A stretch of DNA of 64,000 bases from Candidatus Omnitrophota bacterium (GTDB taxonomy: Bacteria; Omnitrophota; Gorgyraeia; S143-82), in assembly GCA_015494465.1 (NCBI GenBank), contig WGBD01000007.1:3009-67008 (forward strand). The letters are read 5' to 3'. This document shows, piece by piece, positions 1 through 10,295 of this stretch. The position numbers and the translations under genes are program-made. How positions within the stretch are numbered: the first letter of the stretch is position 1; each line of letters starts with the position of its first letter. Under the pieces are notes generated by a model that was given only the letters and a program-made list of their open reading frames with translations, had not been told where the DNA came from and ran no database searches.

Positions 1-1079
1 GCCTTCTCAAACTCCAGCTCAGTAAACGGCCTTAAGGCCGCCCAATCTGCGTAAGCGAGGAGATCGTAATATCCAATCCAGGTCATAGCCACCCACTCCC
101 CGTCGTCGGACTCGTTCATGAGGGTGTAGTCCGCACTGCCCCAGTCACCCGCGTTGTCGTTTCGGTCACAGCCGTACTTGCCGTTGGAGGCGAGCTTTAT
201 GTAGATTCTATATTGGCCATAAATATTTGAAATCCTATTCGCCGCCTGGTCGCTGGTCAGGGTGTTCAGGAACTCCGCGTACTGGCCCTGGGTGATCTCG
301 TACTTCATTATGTAGAACGCATTGTAGCCCTTGGGGAAGGCAGCTGGTATCGGCCCTGACTGGTCACCTGCATAACTATTGTCCTGATCGTAATACAAGT
401 ATCCCGTGGTCGTCCCCACGGGGATCTCGTTCTCAGAGGTGATCTGGTACTCACAGCCGGTTGCGGGGTCACAGCCGTAGGTGTAGAAGCAGTTGGTCTG
501 GTCCGCGTCTGCGTCGCCGATGTAGAAGGGTCCGGGCGGGATGAAGACCATCTCTATGCCGAAGACCTTGACCTTTACCTTGGCGTCGTCTGCCACCCCG
601 TCGGAGCCGTACTTCCAGCGGATCGCCACATCCCAATCGTTGGAGCCGGAACCCTCGTTGTAGGAGGAACGGTATATAAAGACCCCTTTGTAGACGCCGT
701 CGGTGTCGCCGAAGGCCACCTCAGCGCAAGGGTCGGTTCCCCCTCCACAGGTGTTGGGCACGCTGTAGTAGGTGTTGTCCAGACTGGCGTGGTGCCAGGG
801 CCCCCAGGAGTTGGTGGACGGGTCGTAGACGGAGTACTTCACGAAGACCCAGGCAGCATCCCAGTTCTTGTCTTCGGTGGCGGTGGTGCCGTCTGCACCG
901 GGATCGCGCCAGGAGTTGTCCCAGGAGATGTGGAACTGGATGTCGTAGGTGTCGTTGGTCGTGTCCTGATTGGTCAGGACGACATTGGAGATCTGGAGAT
1001 TGTTTGCCCTGGCCACAGCGACGGAGAGCAGTAGAAAGAACCCTGCTATGCCGGTGACTAGGACGCCTCTCTTCTTCAT
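1..1079 (-). CDS. Secreted protein, N-terminal part only (C-terminus lies beyond the window start), with a C-terminal FGE-sulfatase/SUMF1-like domain.
   Basis: Minus-strand ORF open from the window edge to ATG at 1079 after a GGAGGGG RBS. The N-terminus MKKRGVLVTGIAGFFLLLSVAVARA is signal-peptide-like. The motifs FYIMKYEITQGQYAEFLN and YDLLAYADWAALRPFTELEFE are typical of FGE-sulfatase domains. It is missing from the ORF track because it is not closed. Confidence 0.55.
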   Translation of the reverse strand, partial: MKKRGVLVTGIAGFFLLLSVAVARANNLQISNVVLTNQDTTNDTYDIQFHISWDNSWRDPGADGTTATEDKNWDAAWVFVKYSVYDPSTNSWGPWHHASLDNTYYSVPNTCGGGTDPCAEVAFGDTDGVYKGVFIYRSSYNEGSGSNDWDVAIRWKYGSDGVADDAKVKVKVFGIEMVFIPPGPFYIGDADADQTNCFYTYGCDPATGCEYQITSENEIPVGTTTGYLYYDQDNSYAGDQSGPIPAAFPKGYNAFYIMKYEITQGQYAEFLNTLTSDQAANRISNIYGQYRIYIKLASNGKYGCDRNDNAGDWGSADYTLMNESDDGEWVAMTWIGYYDLLAYADWAALRPFTELEFEK

Positions 1080-1122
1080 GTTCCCCTCCTTATTCCCCTT
1101 CTTTATTCCACTTTGACTTGCC

Positions 1123-2457
1123 CTAGTGCTCTACGACCAGCAGGGCCTTCAGCAGGGAGACGGCCTGCTGGATCTGGGCGTCGTGCTTTATCTTCTCCCG
1201 CTCCAGCTCCTCTTTCTCCTTCTTTTCCTCTATCTTCTCGCCCTTCTTTATCTTCTCGAATACCTTCTCGCTGGACATCTCCCCACGGAGGAGTTCTACG
1301 AACTCCTCGGGCGTCAGGACGAACTTGTACTCCACCTTGACATCGGGATCGATCCCGGTCTTGTCTATACAGCGGTCGTCGGGCAGGTAGTACTTCTCAG
1401 TGGTGATCTTCACCGCCGAACCGTCGGGCAGGGGGAACAACTGCTGGACCACCCCCTTGCCGAAGCTCTTCTCCCCTACGACGAGGGCGCGCTTGTAGTA
1501 CTGAAGGGCACCTGCGAGTATCTCGGAGGCGGAGGCAGTGCCGGAGTTGATCAGCACCACCATCGGCGCATCGCACACTGGACCAGAATAGGCGGTTTCG
1601 TACTCCTTGCGCTCGCCTATCCTGCCTTTGGTGTAGACGACCAGCTTATCCTTGCCTAGGAACCTGCCAGCGACTTCTACGGAGGTGTTCAAAAGGCCAC
1701 CGGGGTTGTTGCGCAGGTCCAGGATGAGGGCCTGCATCCCTTTGTCTTTTAGTTCCTTCAGCTTCTCGTCCAAAGACTCGGGCAGGTCTTCGGTGAACTC
1801 GCTTATCCGCAGGTAGGCTATCTTGGGCTCGTCTTTCCCGGTGATGATGTCAGCGTACTTTATCTCCTCTATCTGGATTATCGCCCGGGTGATTTCTACC
1901 TCTATCAGCTCGGGATTGCCCTTGCGGAGTATCTTGAGCTTGACCTTCGTGCCGGGCTCTCCCCTGAGTTTATTCACCGCATCAAGCAGGGTTATCCCCT
2001 GAGTGAGCTCACCGTCTATCTCCACTATCCTGTCCCCTGCCTTCAGTCCCGCCTTCCAGGCGGGTGTGCCCTCAAGAGGTGATATCACGGTAAGGAATCC
2101 GTCGCGTATGCCTATCTCTATCCCAATGCCTCCAAACTTGCCTTCGGTGTCGCCCTTGAACTCCGCAAACTCCTCAGGGGTGAAGAACATGGAGTAGGGA
2201 TCGAGTTTGGACAGCATCCCAGAGATGGCACCGTAGATGAGGGTCTTTATCGGGACCTCTTCGACATAGGCCCGGCGGACTATCTCCAGGACATTGCCGA
2301 ACATCCCCAGCTCGCGGTAGAAGTCTATCTTCTTCTTGACCGAATCCACCAGCCCTGCGTTTAGAGCGGGCTGGGGCGGAGAAAACAGGAACGCCAACGA
2401 CAACAGCGGTATCGCTATCCAGATCTGCCACCTGCTATCTCGTATGCAAAAGCGCAT
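1123..2457 (-). CDS. ctpA: Carboxyl-terminal processing protease (S41 family, PDZ domain)
   Basis: 444 aa with a PDZ region and the S41 signature LILDLRNNPGG and SGTASASEILAGAL. Signal/TM N-terminus. Confidence 0.9.
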   Translation of the reverse strand: MRFCIRDSRWQIWIAIPLLSLAFLFSPPQPALNAGLVDSVKKKIDFYRELGMFGNVLEIVRRAYVEEVPIKTLIYGAISGMLSKLDPYSMFFTPEEFAEFKGDTEGKFGGIGIEIGIRDGFLTVISPLEGTPAWKAGLKAGDRIVEIDGELTQGITLLDAVNKLRGEPGTKVKLKILRKGNPELIEVEITRAIIQIEEIKYADIITGKDEPKIAYLRISEFTEDLPESLDEKLKELKDKGMQALILDLRNNPGGLLNTSVEVAGRFLGKDKLVVYTKGRIGERKEYETAYSGPVCDAPMVVLINSGTASASEILAGALQYYKRALVVGEKSFGKGVVQQLFPLPDGSAVKITTEKYYLPDDRCIDKTGIDPDVKVEYKFVLTPEEFVELLRGEMSSEKVFEKIKKGEKIEEKKEKEELEREKIKHDAQIQQAVSLLKALLVVEH

Positions 2458-2496
2458 TTAATCCCTCCCTTTAATTATAAAAAACAAGCGCCCCGG

Positions 2497-2817
2497 TCAG
2501 GCCTTTATCCAGAGGAGTATGCCCATCACCAAGCCGTATATAGCAAGGGCCTCTCCCAGTCCGAGGATTATCAACAGCCTTCCCATCAGTTCGGGCTTCT
2601 CGCTGATGGCCCCCACCACCGAGGAACCTATGCTGGAGAGGGCAACCCCTGCACCTATACAGCCAAGGCCTACGCTCACCCCCGCACCGAGAAGTGCACC
2701 CATGTCGTAAAGGCCACCGCCGGTGGAGAGGTTAGCCACCTGACTGGCGGTCTCACCTGCCCACAGGTAAAGCGAGGGGGCAAGCGTCAGGGTCAACGAA
2801 GTCAATACCTTTTTCAT
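2497..2817 (-). CDS. V/A-type ATP synthase proteolipid (subunit K/c-like), single hairpin; orphan
   Basis: About 106 aa from MKKVL. Has the Gly-rich TM1 GAGVSVGLGCIGAGVA, an ISEKPELMGR loop (V/A-type EDP/EKP-xxFG style) and the conserved carboxylate in TM2 LGLGEALAIYGLV. N-terminal signal-like extension as in Thermus subunit L. Overlaps the aroC start by about 4 nt. Confidence 0.6.
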   Translation of the reverse strand: MKKVLTSLTLTLAPSLYLWAGETASQVANLSTGGGLYDMGALLGAGVSVGLGCIGAGVALSSIGSSVVGAISEKPELMGRLLIILGLGEALAIYGLVMGILLWIKA

Positions 2818-3956
2818 TCTCCGCTCCATAACTCAGACCTCCGGTTAAGGTAATCCTCTATTGCCCTCTTTATGTCTCCCAACTCGTCTCCTCCAAACTT
2901 CTCCACCACCGCACAGGCAATCACCCACAGGCACATCGTCTCTACCACAACCGAAGCAGCGGGAACGGCACAGGTGTCGAACCTCTCCACCACGGCCCGG
3001 GTGGAGGTCTTGTCCCGGACATCTACCGAATCAAGGGGATTGCCGAGCGTGGCTATGGGCTTCATCGCGGACCTGACGACGATGACCTCTCCGTTGCTCA
3101 TCCCCCCTTCTATCCCCCCTGCATTGTTCCGACTGCGGTAGAAACCCCTTTCCGGGGAGTGGTGTATCGGATCGTGGACCTGTGAGCCGGGTCTCCGGCT
3201 ATTGGCAAAGGCAGGGCCTATCTCCACACCTTTTATCGCGGGCACGGACATAACCGCCTGGGCAATCCGGCCGTCGAGCCTTTGATCCCACTGGGTAAAC
3301 GAGCCCAACCCGGGCGGGACACCCCTTATCCAGACCTCAACGATCCCCCCGAGGGTGTCTCCGCTTGCCTTTGCCTGATCTATTGCCCGTTTCATCTCTT
3401 CCGTGCGCTCTGGAGAGGGACAAAAGACCTCCGACAGGACGGTACTGCGCTTGACGGTCTCAAAGGACCAATCGGAGAGGTCCTCATCCCTCAATTCCAC
3501 CTCGCCTATCGCCCTGACGAAGGCGAGGGACTCTATACCCAACTGCCTCAAGAACTGTCTAGCAAAGGAACCCGCCACCACCCGCACTGCGGTCTCCCGG
3601 GCGGAGGCCCGCTCCAGTATCGGACGGGCGTTGGTCTGGGCGAACTTCAGCATCCCGGGCAGGTCCGCATGTCCGGGACGCGGGGCGTAGACCTCGGGCA
3701 ACTGCTCAAGTGAGGTGTCGCGGTTCCAGACGACGACCGCTATGGGCGAGCCGACGGTCCTGCCCTCTATCAGTCCGGAGAGGACATCTGCGGAGTCGGA
3801 TTCTATCCTTTGCCGGCCTCCCCTGCCGTAGCCTGCCTGTCTGCGGGCGAGGTCGTGGTTGACCTCATCCAAATCTATAGGGACATTGGCAGGGAAACCG
3901 TCTATAATCACCGTCAGGGCCCTGCCGTGAGAGAAGCCCGCGGTCAGGAATCTCAT
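2814..3956 (-). CDS. aroC: Chorismate synthase
   Basis: 380 aa. The N-terminal FLTAGFSHGRAL..IDGFPANVPIDL, GRSSARETA-like and RSAMKPIATL motifs are typical of AroC. Confidence 0.93.
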   Translation of the reverse strand: MRFLTAGFSHGRALTVIIDGFPANVPIDLDEVNHDLARRQAGYGRGGRQRIESDSADVLSGLIEGRTVGSPIAVVVWNRDTSLEQLPEVYAPRPGHADLPGMLKFAQTNARPILERASARETAVRVVAGSFARQFLRQLGIESLAFVRAIGEVELRDEDLSDWSFETVKRSTVLSEVFCPSPERTEEMKRAIDQAKASGDTLGGIVEVWIRGVPPGLGSFTQWDQRLDGRIAQAVMSVPAIKGVEIGPAFANSRRPGSQVHDPIHHSPERGFYRSRNNAGGIEGGMSNGEVIVVRSAMKPIATLGNPLDSVDVRDKTSTRAVVERFDTCAVPAASVVVETMCLWVIACAVVEKFGGDELGDIKRAIEDYLNRRSELWSGE

Positions 3957-4414
3957 ATAGCCACCCTGTCTTTTATTATCCCGAGTTCCCTTAACGCCAC
4001 CAATACCGCCCCTGCGGTTATGAGCGCATCAGACAGATTGAATACCGGTGGAAAAAAAACCAGACGAATATAGTCTACAACACAGCGGTAAAATAGTCTA
4101 TCCATAAAATTTCCCACCGCACCCACGACTATCAGGAATAACCCCGCCTTTAGGTACACATCCCGCATCCGCAGGAACAGGACGGTGAAGGCGGCTATTA
4201 TCCCCACCTGCACCCCAACGAGCAGACCTGCGGGCAGGTGCCTGAACCAACCGAATGCTATGCCCCGGTTGAGGGATAGGGACAACTTCAACCAGCCAAG
4301 GTCCAGACGAAGCTGGCCCGTGAGGGCAAGGTGCTTGAGGAGCCGGTCTAGCACCGCCACCGCAATCGCCGAGTAAACCAAGGACCTGTACCCGGGGTTA
4401 GAAGTACGGCACAT
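3953..4414 (-). CDS. lspA: Lipoprotein signal peptidase II
   Basis: Motifs NRGIAFG, GNFMDRL and FNLSDALI; four TM segments. Start trimmed to an internal Met to avoid the long overlap with the upstream gene. Confidence 0.82.
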   Translation of the reverse strand: MCRTSNPGYRSLVYSAIAVAVLDRLLKHLALTGQLRLDLGWLKLSLSLNRGIAFGWFRHLPAGLLVGVQVGIIAAFTVLFLRMRDVYLKAGLFLIVVGAVGNFMDRLFYRCVVDYIRLVFFPPVFNLSDALITAGAVLVALRELGIIKDRVAI

Positions 4415-5882
4415 AGAACCAGCGGTATGTGTGCTTGACCCCCCTGTCCCGCAGGACATCGCGGGTTGCCTGGGCTATCTTCTTGACGCTCTCGTCTGCC
4501 CGACTGTCCACGAGGATGCAAAACAGTGTGTGCCTGCAGGTCGGTGCAGACTGAAAGGCGTGGTGGTTCCAATCGGGACCGCGAAAGACGAGTTCTATAC
4601 ACCGGGGTCGGGTAATACGCCTTGCCTCTTTCTTTACGGTCTCGTAGGTCTCCTCGTCCGGGCCGTAGTAGACCCACTCAACGAACTTCAAATCTCGAAA
4701 CCGATCAATGGCACTTGCTATCTCCTCCGCCACGCCGTTTAGGTCAACCGGCGTAAGTTCCTCTATCTCGGATATCTGCTTCATCCTCTCCTTGTACAAC
4801 TGGACATTGGGCTGGTTTACGAAGTTTAGTTCCTCACCGGCAAAGAGGGAGTAGCGCCAGGCAACTGCGGAGGTGAAGTACTCAAGGGCAATGGTCAGTT
4901 CTGCCATGCTGTCTAGTCTTTCTGCAAAGTTAAGGGTGATGACGCCCTTCTTCTCGAGGAGTTCGGCCAGTTCAGGGTCCTGCGACGGGATAAAGACTAT
5001 CGTCTTGGGATCAAAATCCTCTGCTTTACCGCCGAGCGACTCCTGTATGAGTTGATTTATCCATATCCGTATGCCCTCCTCGGCGCGGGAGAATTTATCG
5101 GACATCACTATCGCAATGCAGGGATGGATGTCGTCCTTGCCGGCCACGACCTTCTCCGCCTTTTGGTACCAGAGGTTGATAAAGTCCTCGTCGAGTTCCT
5201 TTCGGTTTATCTCCTCGTTGAGACGGATTAGTTCCTCATCGGATAGCAAAATTGCCATGGGCAAGAGAAACAATGCGGTCCGGGGACAGGTGAACCTGCC
5301 TCCTATGTCCGACTTGCCGTCGGGCTGGATGGACAGGACATTCAAGCGCTCCAGATCCCAGCCCTTCTCGGCGAGTCTTGGGGCGTTTTCGGGATCGGTC
5401 AGCCAGGTGATGTGCTGGTATATGTCCATACCTGCGGACTCGTACACCTTTTTTATGTGTCCGGATATGACATGGGTCTCAAAGGTGGTGGCGGACTTGG
5501 ATATCGCCACTACCTTCAATCGGGACAGGTCCCTGCCCTCCAACTGGCCCTTGACGAAGGCCTCGTCGGGGTTGTCGAGGATAAGTATCTTGTCTTCCAG
5601 TTCGGGGTAAAGTTGGCGTATCGTCTTTACGGTGTTTATGGATCCGCCCATTCCCACGAAGACGGTAGCGTAATCCTGAGCCAAAGCGGATCGCGCTTGC
5701 CTCAGCCATTCCTTTAACACCGCGGTCTCTATCGGCACCGCCCAACCCAGACGGGGCCTGCCGTTATCGTTTCCTATGCGATAGATGAGGTCAGAGGCGT
5801 CCACTTCCCTGCCCAGATGCATCCCCAACGCGACATCGCGCAGGTGGTCGAAGAAGTCCTTTGCCTTTAGATCTCCTACCAT
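4398..5882 (-). CDS. pgi: Glucose-6-phosphate isomerase-like SIS-domain protein
   Basis: 494 aa. The SIS motifs GMGGS, VVAISKSATTFETHV and DIGGRFT resemble PGI signatures. The family call is moderate. Confidence 0.55.
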   Translation of the reverse strand: MVGDLKAKDFFDHLRDVALGMHLGREVDASDLIYRIGNDNGRPRLGWAVPIETAVLKEWLRQARSALAQDYATVFVGMGGSINTVKTIRQLYPELEDKILILDNPDEAFVKGQLEGRDLSRLKVVAISKSATTFETHVISGHIKKVYESAGMDIYQHITWLTDPENAPRLAEKGWDLERLNVLSIQPDGKSDIGGRFTCPRTALFLLPMAILLSDEELIRLNEEINRKELDEDFINLWYQKAEKVVAGKDDIHPCIAIVMSDKFSRAEEGIRIWINQLIQESLGGKAEDFDPKTIVFIPSQDPELAELLEKKGVITLNFAERLDSMAELTIALEYFTSAVAWRYSLFAGEELNFVNQPNVQLYKERMKQISEIEELTPVDLNGVAEEIASAIDRFRDLKFVEWVYYGPDEETYETVKKEARRITRPRCIELVFRGPDWNHHAFQSAPTCRHTLFCILVDSRADESVKKIAQATRDVLRDRGVKHTYRWFYVPYF

Positions 5883-5906
5883 CTGCCCTCCTTCGTCTTT
5901 ATCGTT

Positions 5907-7031
5907 CTAGGCCTGCAGGTACAGCTTCGCAAGGTCTGGGTTGGCGGTACTGCAACCCATGGACTCCAACACCGCCCTTACGCAGTTTATACCCACGATA
6001 AGGTCGAGTTCGTCTATCCAACCCATGTGGGCGACGCGGAATATCTTGCCCTTCAACTTCGCCTGCCCCCCTGCAACGCTGACGCGGTATTCCTGCCTTA
6101 AGGTCTTTACCAACTTCCCGGAATCTATCCCCTTGGGAGACTTCACTGCGGTAACTCCGTTGCTGGGATCCTTAGAGAAGAGTTCCAACCCCATATCCCG
6201 GAATGCCTTGCGCGTGGCCTCTGCCAATTTCCCGTACCTTGCCCAGAGGTTCTCTATACCCTGACTGCGGTAGTAATCCACGACCTCGGCCAGGGCAACT
6301 ACGAGAGAGACCGCGGGGGTATAAGGGGTGTCGGGCTTTTCTATCACCTTGCGGTACTTCCGCAGGTCGAGGTAGTAGCGGGGAGATGTGGACCTCTCCA
6401 CCCACTCCCACGCCCGTTCGGACAGGGAGATGAAGGCCAGTCCCGGTGGGAGCATCAGGCCCTTCTGGGATCCGGAGACGACGACATCCACGCCCCACTC
6501 GTCCATCTTCAAGGGGGAAACGCCCATAGACGATATCGCATCCACGACCAGCAGGCAGTCCTTTTCCCGGGTGATCCGGGCGATGGCCTCCACATCGGTG
6601 TCCACTCCGGTGGAGGTCTCGCAGTGGGTGATGAAGACTGCCTTTGCGGAAGGGTGCTCCGCAAGGGCCTTCTCTATCTCCTCAGGGCGCACCGCCCTGC
6701 CCCACTCTACCTCAAGGGAGTACACCTTTGCCCCGTAGGACTCCGCAATCTCCCTCCACCTCTCGCCGAACTTACCACCTTCCACGACGATTACCTCGTC
6801 GCCCGGGCTGACCAGGTTGGCGACCGCGCACTCCATAGCGGAGGTGCCTGATCCGGCCAAGACGAATACGGGTTGCTCGGTCTGGAAGATGTACTTCAGG
6901 CCTTCTTCGGCCCTGGCCAGTATCTCCTGAAACTCGCTGGTGCGGTGATGGAGTATGGGCCGGGCGAGTGCCAGCCTGACGAAGTCGGGTAACGGAGTCG
7001 GACCGGGGGTCAGGATGTATGTCTTCCTCAT
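5907..7031 (-). CDS. Class V aminotransferase (serine-pyruvate/alanine-glyoxylate or phosphoserine aminotransferase type)
   Basis: 374 aa. PLP-lysine context [15 protein letters not shown]-terminal TPGPTPLP, typical of AGXT/SgaA-like enzymes. Confidence 0.85.
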   Translation of the reverse strand: MRKTYILTPGPTPLPDFVRLALARPILHHRTSEFQEILARAEEGLKYIFQTEQPVFVLAGSGTSAMECAVANLVSPGDEVIVVEGGKFGERWREIAESYGAKVYSLEVEWGRAVRPEEIEKALAEHPSAKAVFITHCETSTGVDTDVEAIARITREKDCLLVVDAISSMGVSPLKMDEWGVDVVVSGSQKGLMLPPGLAFISLSERAWEWVERSTSPRYYLDLRKYRKVIEKPDTPYTPAVSLVVALAEVVDYYRSQGIENLWARYGKLAEATRKAFRDMGLELFSKDPSNGVTAVKSPKGIDSGKLVKTLRQEYRVSVAGGQAKLKGKIFRVAHMGWIDELDLIVGINCVRAVLESMGCSTANPDLAKLYLQA

Positions 7032-7675
7032 CTCTTGCCTCCTTCTATTGGTTTGAGCTCTATGACATGATCTACCAGTCCGTATTCCTTTGCCTCCTCT
7101 GCGGACATGAAGAAGTCCCGGTCGGTGTCCTTTTCTATCACATCAACAGGTTTCCCGGTGTGGAGCGAAAGTATCTGATTCAGTTTCTCTTTCAACTTCA
7201 ATATCTCCTTTGCCTGAATGGAGATGTCCGCAGCGGTCCCCTGCACCCCACCCCAGGGCTGGTGTATCATTATGCGGGAGTTTGGCAGGGCAAAACGCTT
7301 GCCCTTGGTCCCTGCGGACAGCAGGACCGCCCCCATGCTCGCTGCCTGGCCTATGCAGTAGGTGCAGACATCGGGCTTGACGAAGCGCATGGTGTCGTAG
7401 ATGGCCAATCCGCTGGTGACGGAGCCACCGGGGGAGTTTATGTAGACATTTATGTCCTTATCCGGGTCCTGCATCTGGAGGAACAGCAACTGGGCGATCA
7501 CCAGATTGGCGACATTGTCGTCTATTGCGGTGCCGATGAAGACTATCCTATCCTTGAGCAGGCGGGAGTATATGTCGTAGGCCCGTTCAAACCTGCCCTC
7601 CTGCTCCACTACCATCGGGACTATGTAGTCCATCACGAATTCGCGGATCTGCCCGTCCTTGCCTTTCATGTCCAC
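7028..7675 (-). CDS. clpP: ATP-dependent Clp protease proteolytic subunit
   Basis: 215 aa. Catalytic Ser context GQAASMGA; IMIHQP and RFALPN motifs. Immediately downstream of tig. Confidence 0.95.
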   Translation of the reverse strand: MDMKGKDGQIREFVMDYIVPMVVEQEGRFERAYDIYSRLLKDRIVFIGTAIDDNVANLVIAQLLFLQMQDPDKDINVYINSPGGSVTSGLAIYDTMRFVKPDVCTYCIGQAASMGAVLLSAGTKGKRFALPNSRIMIHQPWGGVQGTAADISIQAKEILKLKEKLNQILSLHTGKPVDVIEKDTDRDFFMSAEEAKEYGLVDHVIELKPIEGGKR

Positions 7676-7688
7676 CTCCCTGCAGGGT

Positions 7689-8711
7689 TTACTTGGTACC
7701 TATGGAGACGAGGTAGTTCCAGACCTTGTCGTGGTCCATGTCCAGACAGAAACTGTCCCAACCGGTACGGGTCTCTATGTACCTCTTCATCTCCTCCGCA
7801 GATATACCGTACCTCTCTGCCATCTTCTCTACCTGCACCTCTATCTCCTCGTCGCTTGCCTCTATGCCCTCCTTTCTGCCTATCTCCTCTATTATAAAGA
7901 ACAACTTCACATCGTCCTCGGCACTCTTGAGGATGTCGTCCTTCCTCTGCTCCAGTATCGCCCTTATCTGATCCTCCCTCATCCCCATCTGGGCGAGGGT
8001 GCTGGCAAAGGACTGGAGTTTCTGCTCAAACTGCCGCCGGACCCAGAGGTCGGGCACATCCAGACGGGAGTGCTTCAGGAGGAATTCTCTTATCTGTTTG
8101 TCCATGTCCCGCTTGGCCTCGGAAGAGCGGGCCATCTCCAGATTCTTCCTTATCTGCTCCCTCATCTCCTCCACCGACTTGAAACCGAACTGCTGGACTG
8201 CGGAGTCGGTGAGTTCGGGGAGTTCCTCGGGTTTCAGATTGGGATCGTTCTGCTTGTCGGGCGGAAGGAGGGCCCGACGGTACTGTTCCAGCGCCTTTTC
8301 CACATCCTCGTCGCTGACGCTGACGGGCCTGCGCTTTATCTTGAGCTTTTTGTAGTTAGCGAGTTTGATCTTGGGCCAGACATAGACCTTTATCTTGGCG
8401 GTGAGGTTGAAGTCGTCGTCCAGTCTGACATCCTCTATTATGGGCACATCTATCGCCATAATCTTTCGCTTCTCCACCTCTTCCTCTGCCACCTTGGGCA
8501 AGAGCCTGCGCAACATCTCCTCTATCACCTGCCCTCTGAATCGGGTCTTGACTATCTCTAGAGGGACCTTGCCCTTGCGGAATCCTTTGAGGGTTACGGT
8601 TCGGCGCACCTTTTTGGCGGATTCCTCAAACTCCTTCTTGACCAGATCCGAGGGGACTCGCACCTCAAACGATACTTCACAGGTCTTTGCCATCCTCTCT
8701 TTCACCTCCAC
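7689..8711 (-). CDS. tig: Trigger factor (short form apparently lacking the central PPIase domain)
   Basis: 340 aa. Ribosome-binding signature GFRKGKVP near the N-terminus and a C-terminal helical arm-like region. The classic tig-clpP arrangement. Confidence 0.8.
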   Translation of the reverse strand: MEVKERMAKTCEVSFEVRVPSDLVKKEFEESAKKVRRTVTLKGFRKGKVPLEIVKTRFRGQVIEEMLRRLLPKVAEEEVEKRKIMAIDVPIIEDVRLDDDFNLTAKIKVYVWPKIKLANYKKLKIKRRPVSVSDEDVEKALEQYRRALLPPDKQNDPNLKPEELPELTDSAVQQFGFKSVEEMREQIRKNLEMARSSEAKRDMDKQIREFLLKHSRLDVPDLWVRRQFEQKLQSFASTLAQMGMREDQIRAILEQRKDDILKSAEDDVKLFFIIEEIGRKEGIEASDEEIEVQVEKMAERYGISAEEMKRYIETRTGWDSFCLDMDHDKVWNYLVSIGTK

Positions 8712-8716
8712 TTGAT

Positions 8717-9445
8717 TCAGAGTCGGAATTCCTTTCCAAGGTACATCTTCCTCGCCTCGGGATTGTTGACCAGGTCCTGAGGCGTGCCTTCGAACAATAT
8801 CTTTCCATTGGCAATCAGGTAGGCCCTGTCGGTTATGGACAGGGTCTCCCTTACATTGTGATCGGTCAGCAATATGCCTAGCCCTTTCTTCTTGAGGCCT
8901 AATATGATTTGCTGGGCCTCGTATACGACTATGGGGTCTATTCCAGAGAAGGGTTCGTCCAACAGCAAGATGGCGGGTTTGGTTAACAGGGCCCGAGTTA
9001 TCTCAAGCCTCCGCCTTTCTCCTCCCGAGAGCATGTAACACTTGCTCTTGGCAAGGTGGGTGAGGTTCAACTCCTCCAGGGCCCGCTGGAGCCTGCGCCT
9101 CCTCTCTCGAGGGGATAGGGGCATGGTCTCCAGGATCGCCACGATGTTTTCTTCGACGGTGAGGTTCCTAAAGACCGACGGCTCCTGGGGTAAGTAGGCC
9201 ATTCCCAAGCGCGCCCGCTCGTGTATGGGCCAGCGGGTGATGTCCTTTTCGCCGAAGAATATCTTACCGCTATCGGGCCTCACTATGCCCACTACCATGT
9301 AAAAGGTGGTCGTCTTGCCCGCACCGTTGGGACCGAGCAGGCCCACGATCTCCCCTCGGCCTATGCGGATGTTGACCCCGTCCACGACCCTCCTGCCGCC
9401 GTAGACCTTAATCAAGTCTTTCGTCTCCAAGAGATGTCTTTCCAA
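8717..9445 (-). CDS. lptB: LPS export ABC transporter ATP-binding protein
   Basis: 242 aa. Walker A GPNGAGKTT, ABC signature LSGGERRRLEI, Walker B LLLDEP. Confidence 0.9.
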   Translation of the reverse strand: MERHLLETKDLIKVYGGRRVVDGVNIRIGRGEIVGLLGPNGAGKTTTFYMVVGIVRPDSGKIFFGEKDITRWPIHERARLGMAYLPQEPSVFRNLTVEENIVAILETMPLSPRERRRRLQRALEELNLTHLAKSKCYMLSGGERRRLEITRALLTKPAILLLDEPFSGIDPIVVYEAQQIILGLKKKGLGILLTDHNVRETLSITDRAYLIANGKILFEGTPQDLVNNPEARKMYLGKEFRL

Positions 9446-10292
9446 TCTCCTCTCCCGTGTAGAAAAGGACCTTCGGTTCGCCTATCATGGTAAGGGACTG
9501 GCTCTCCACATCGTAGATTGCCTTCTCGCTCTCGGTGACATTGTCGCCCTTGACGATCTTGACATGGCCTTTGGCCACGATCTTTCTTATTCGGTTGTTG
9601 GGGGCGTTGAAGTACACGGTAAGCTGGTCCGCGTAGATGGTGGCAGATTCGTCCTCTACCACGACATCGTTGTGGAATATCGCTATCTTGTCCTTGTAGT
9701 GGACCTCCAACGGGCCTTTACACCGGATGAGGGTGCGATGGAGCTTTCCCTTGTCCTCTTTCACCATCTTGGCCTGGACATCGCTCTTTACCACCGCCAG
9801 ATCTTTATCCAGAAGCACCTCGCCACCCCTGCCTTTGAGTTCGGCCCCCTTGTCCTCCTGGGTGATGGTGAGGGGGGCATCGGTCTCGAGTTTGTTGTTT
9901 TTGGTGTCCCAGACCGCACGGTCGGTGGTGAGAACCGCCCCAGTGGAGGAGACTGCCTTTACATCCTTGGAGAGCAAGACGATGGACTTACTGCGGTTGT
10001 AGTAGCCGTGTTGGGAGGTGAGGGTAACATCCGCTTGGGGGCTGGTTTGGACGACATTGACCTCGTCCACTTCCAAGAGGTCCCCTTTTAGACGGGCGGT
10101 CTCGCCCTTTAGCCTCCACTTGACATTGCTCTCCTCGTTGAACCCGGAGACCTGGAAGTCCTCGACCACCTGATCCGCGGATTGGGAGACCTTCTCCTCT
10201 GCGCCCAGCAATCTATCCGTGGATAGCCCCGTCAGAAGGAGCGCCAGGAAGAGGAACTTAACGATGTCCTGCGCCTTTACTCTCCAAGGCAT
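9408..10292 (-). CDS. lptA: OstA-like periplasmic LPS transport protein (LptA/LptC family)
   Basis: 294 aa. N-terminal TM/signal, beta-rich Lys/Asp-rich repeats typical of the OstA_N fold. Directly upstream of lptB. Confidence 0.6.
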   Translation of the reverse strand: MPWRVKAQDIVKFLFLALLLTGLSTDRLLGAEEKVSQSADQVVEDFQVSGFNEESNVKWRLKGETARLKGDLLEVDEVNVVQTSPQADVTLTSQHGYYNRSKSIVLLSKDVKAVSSTGAVLTTDRAVWDTKNNKLETDAPLTITQEDKGAELKGRGGEVLLDKDLAVVKSDVQAKMVKEDKGKLHRTLIRCKGPLEVHYKDKIAIFHNDVVVEDESATIYADQLTVYFNAPNNRIRKIVAKGHVKIVKGDNVTESEKAIYDVESQSLTMIGEPKVLFYTGEEIGKTSLGDERLD

Positions 10293-10295
10293 GGC

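Noticed and set aside
7019-8561. Long plus-strand ORFs (7019..7897, 7659..8561) and many others (e.g. 25225..26046, 46517..47755, 20631..21470, 9564..10091)
   Set aside because: They lie antisense to well-supported conserved genes (clpP, tig, the PEP-CTERM protein, recA, miaB, lptA). They have low-complexity Pro/Arg/Leu-rich translations with no motifs, and are typical shadow ORFs in a GC-rich genome.
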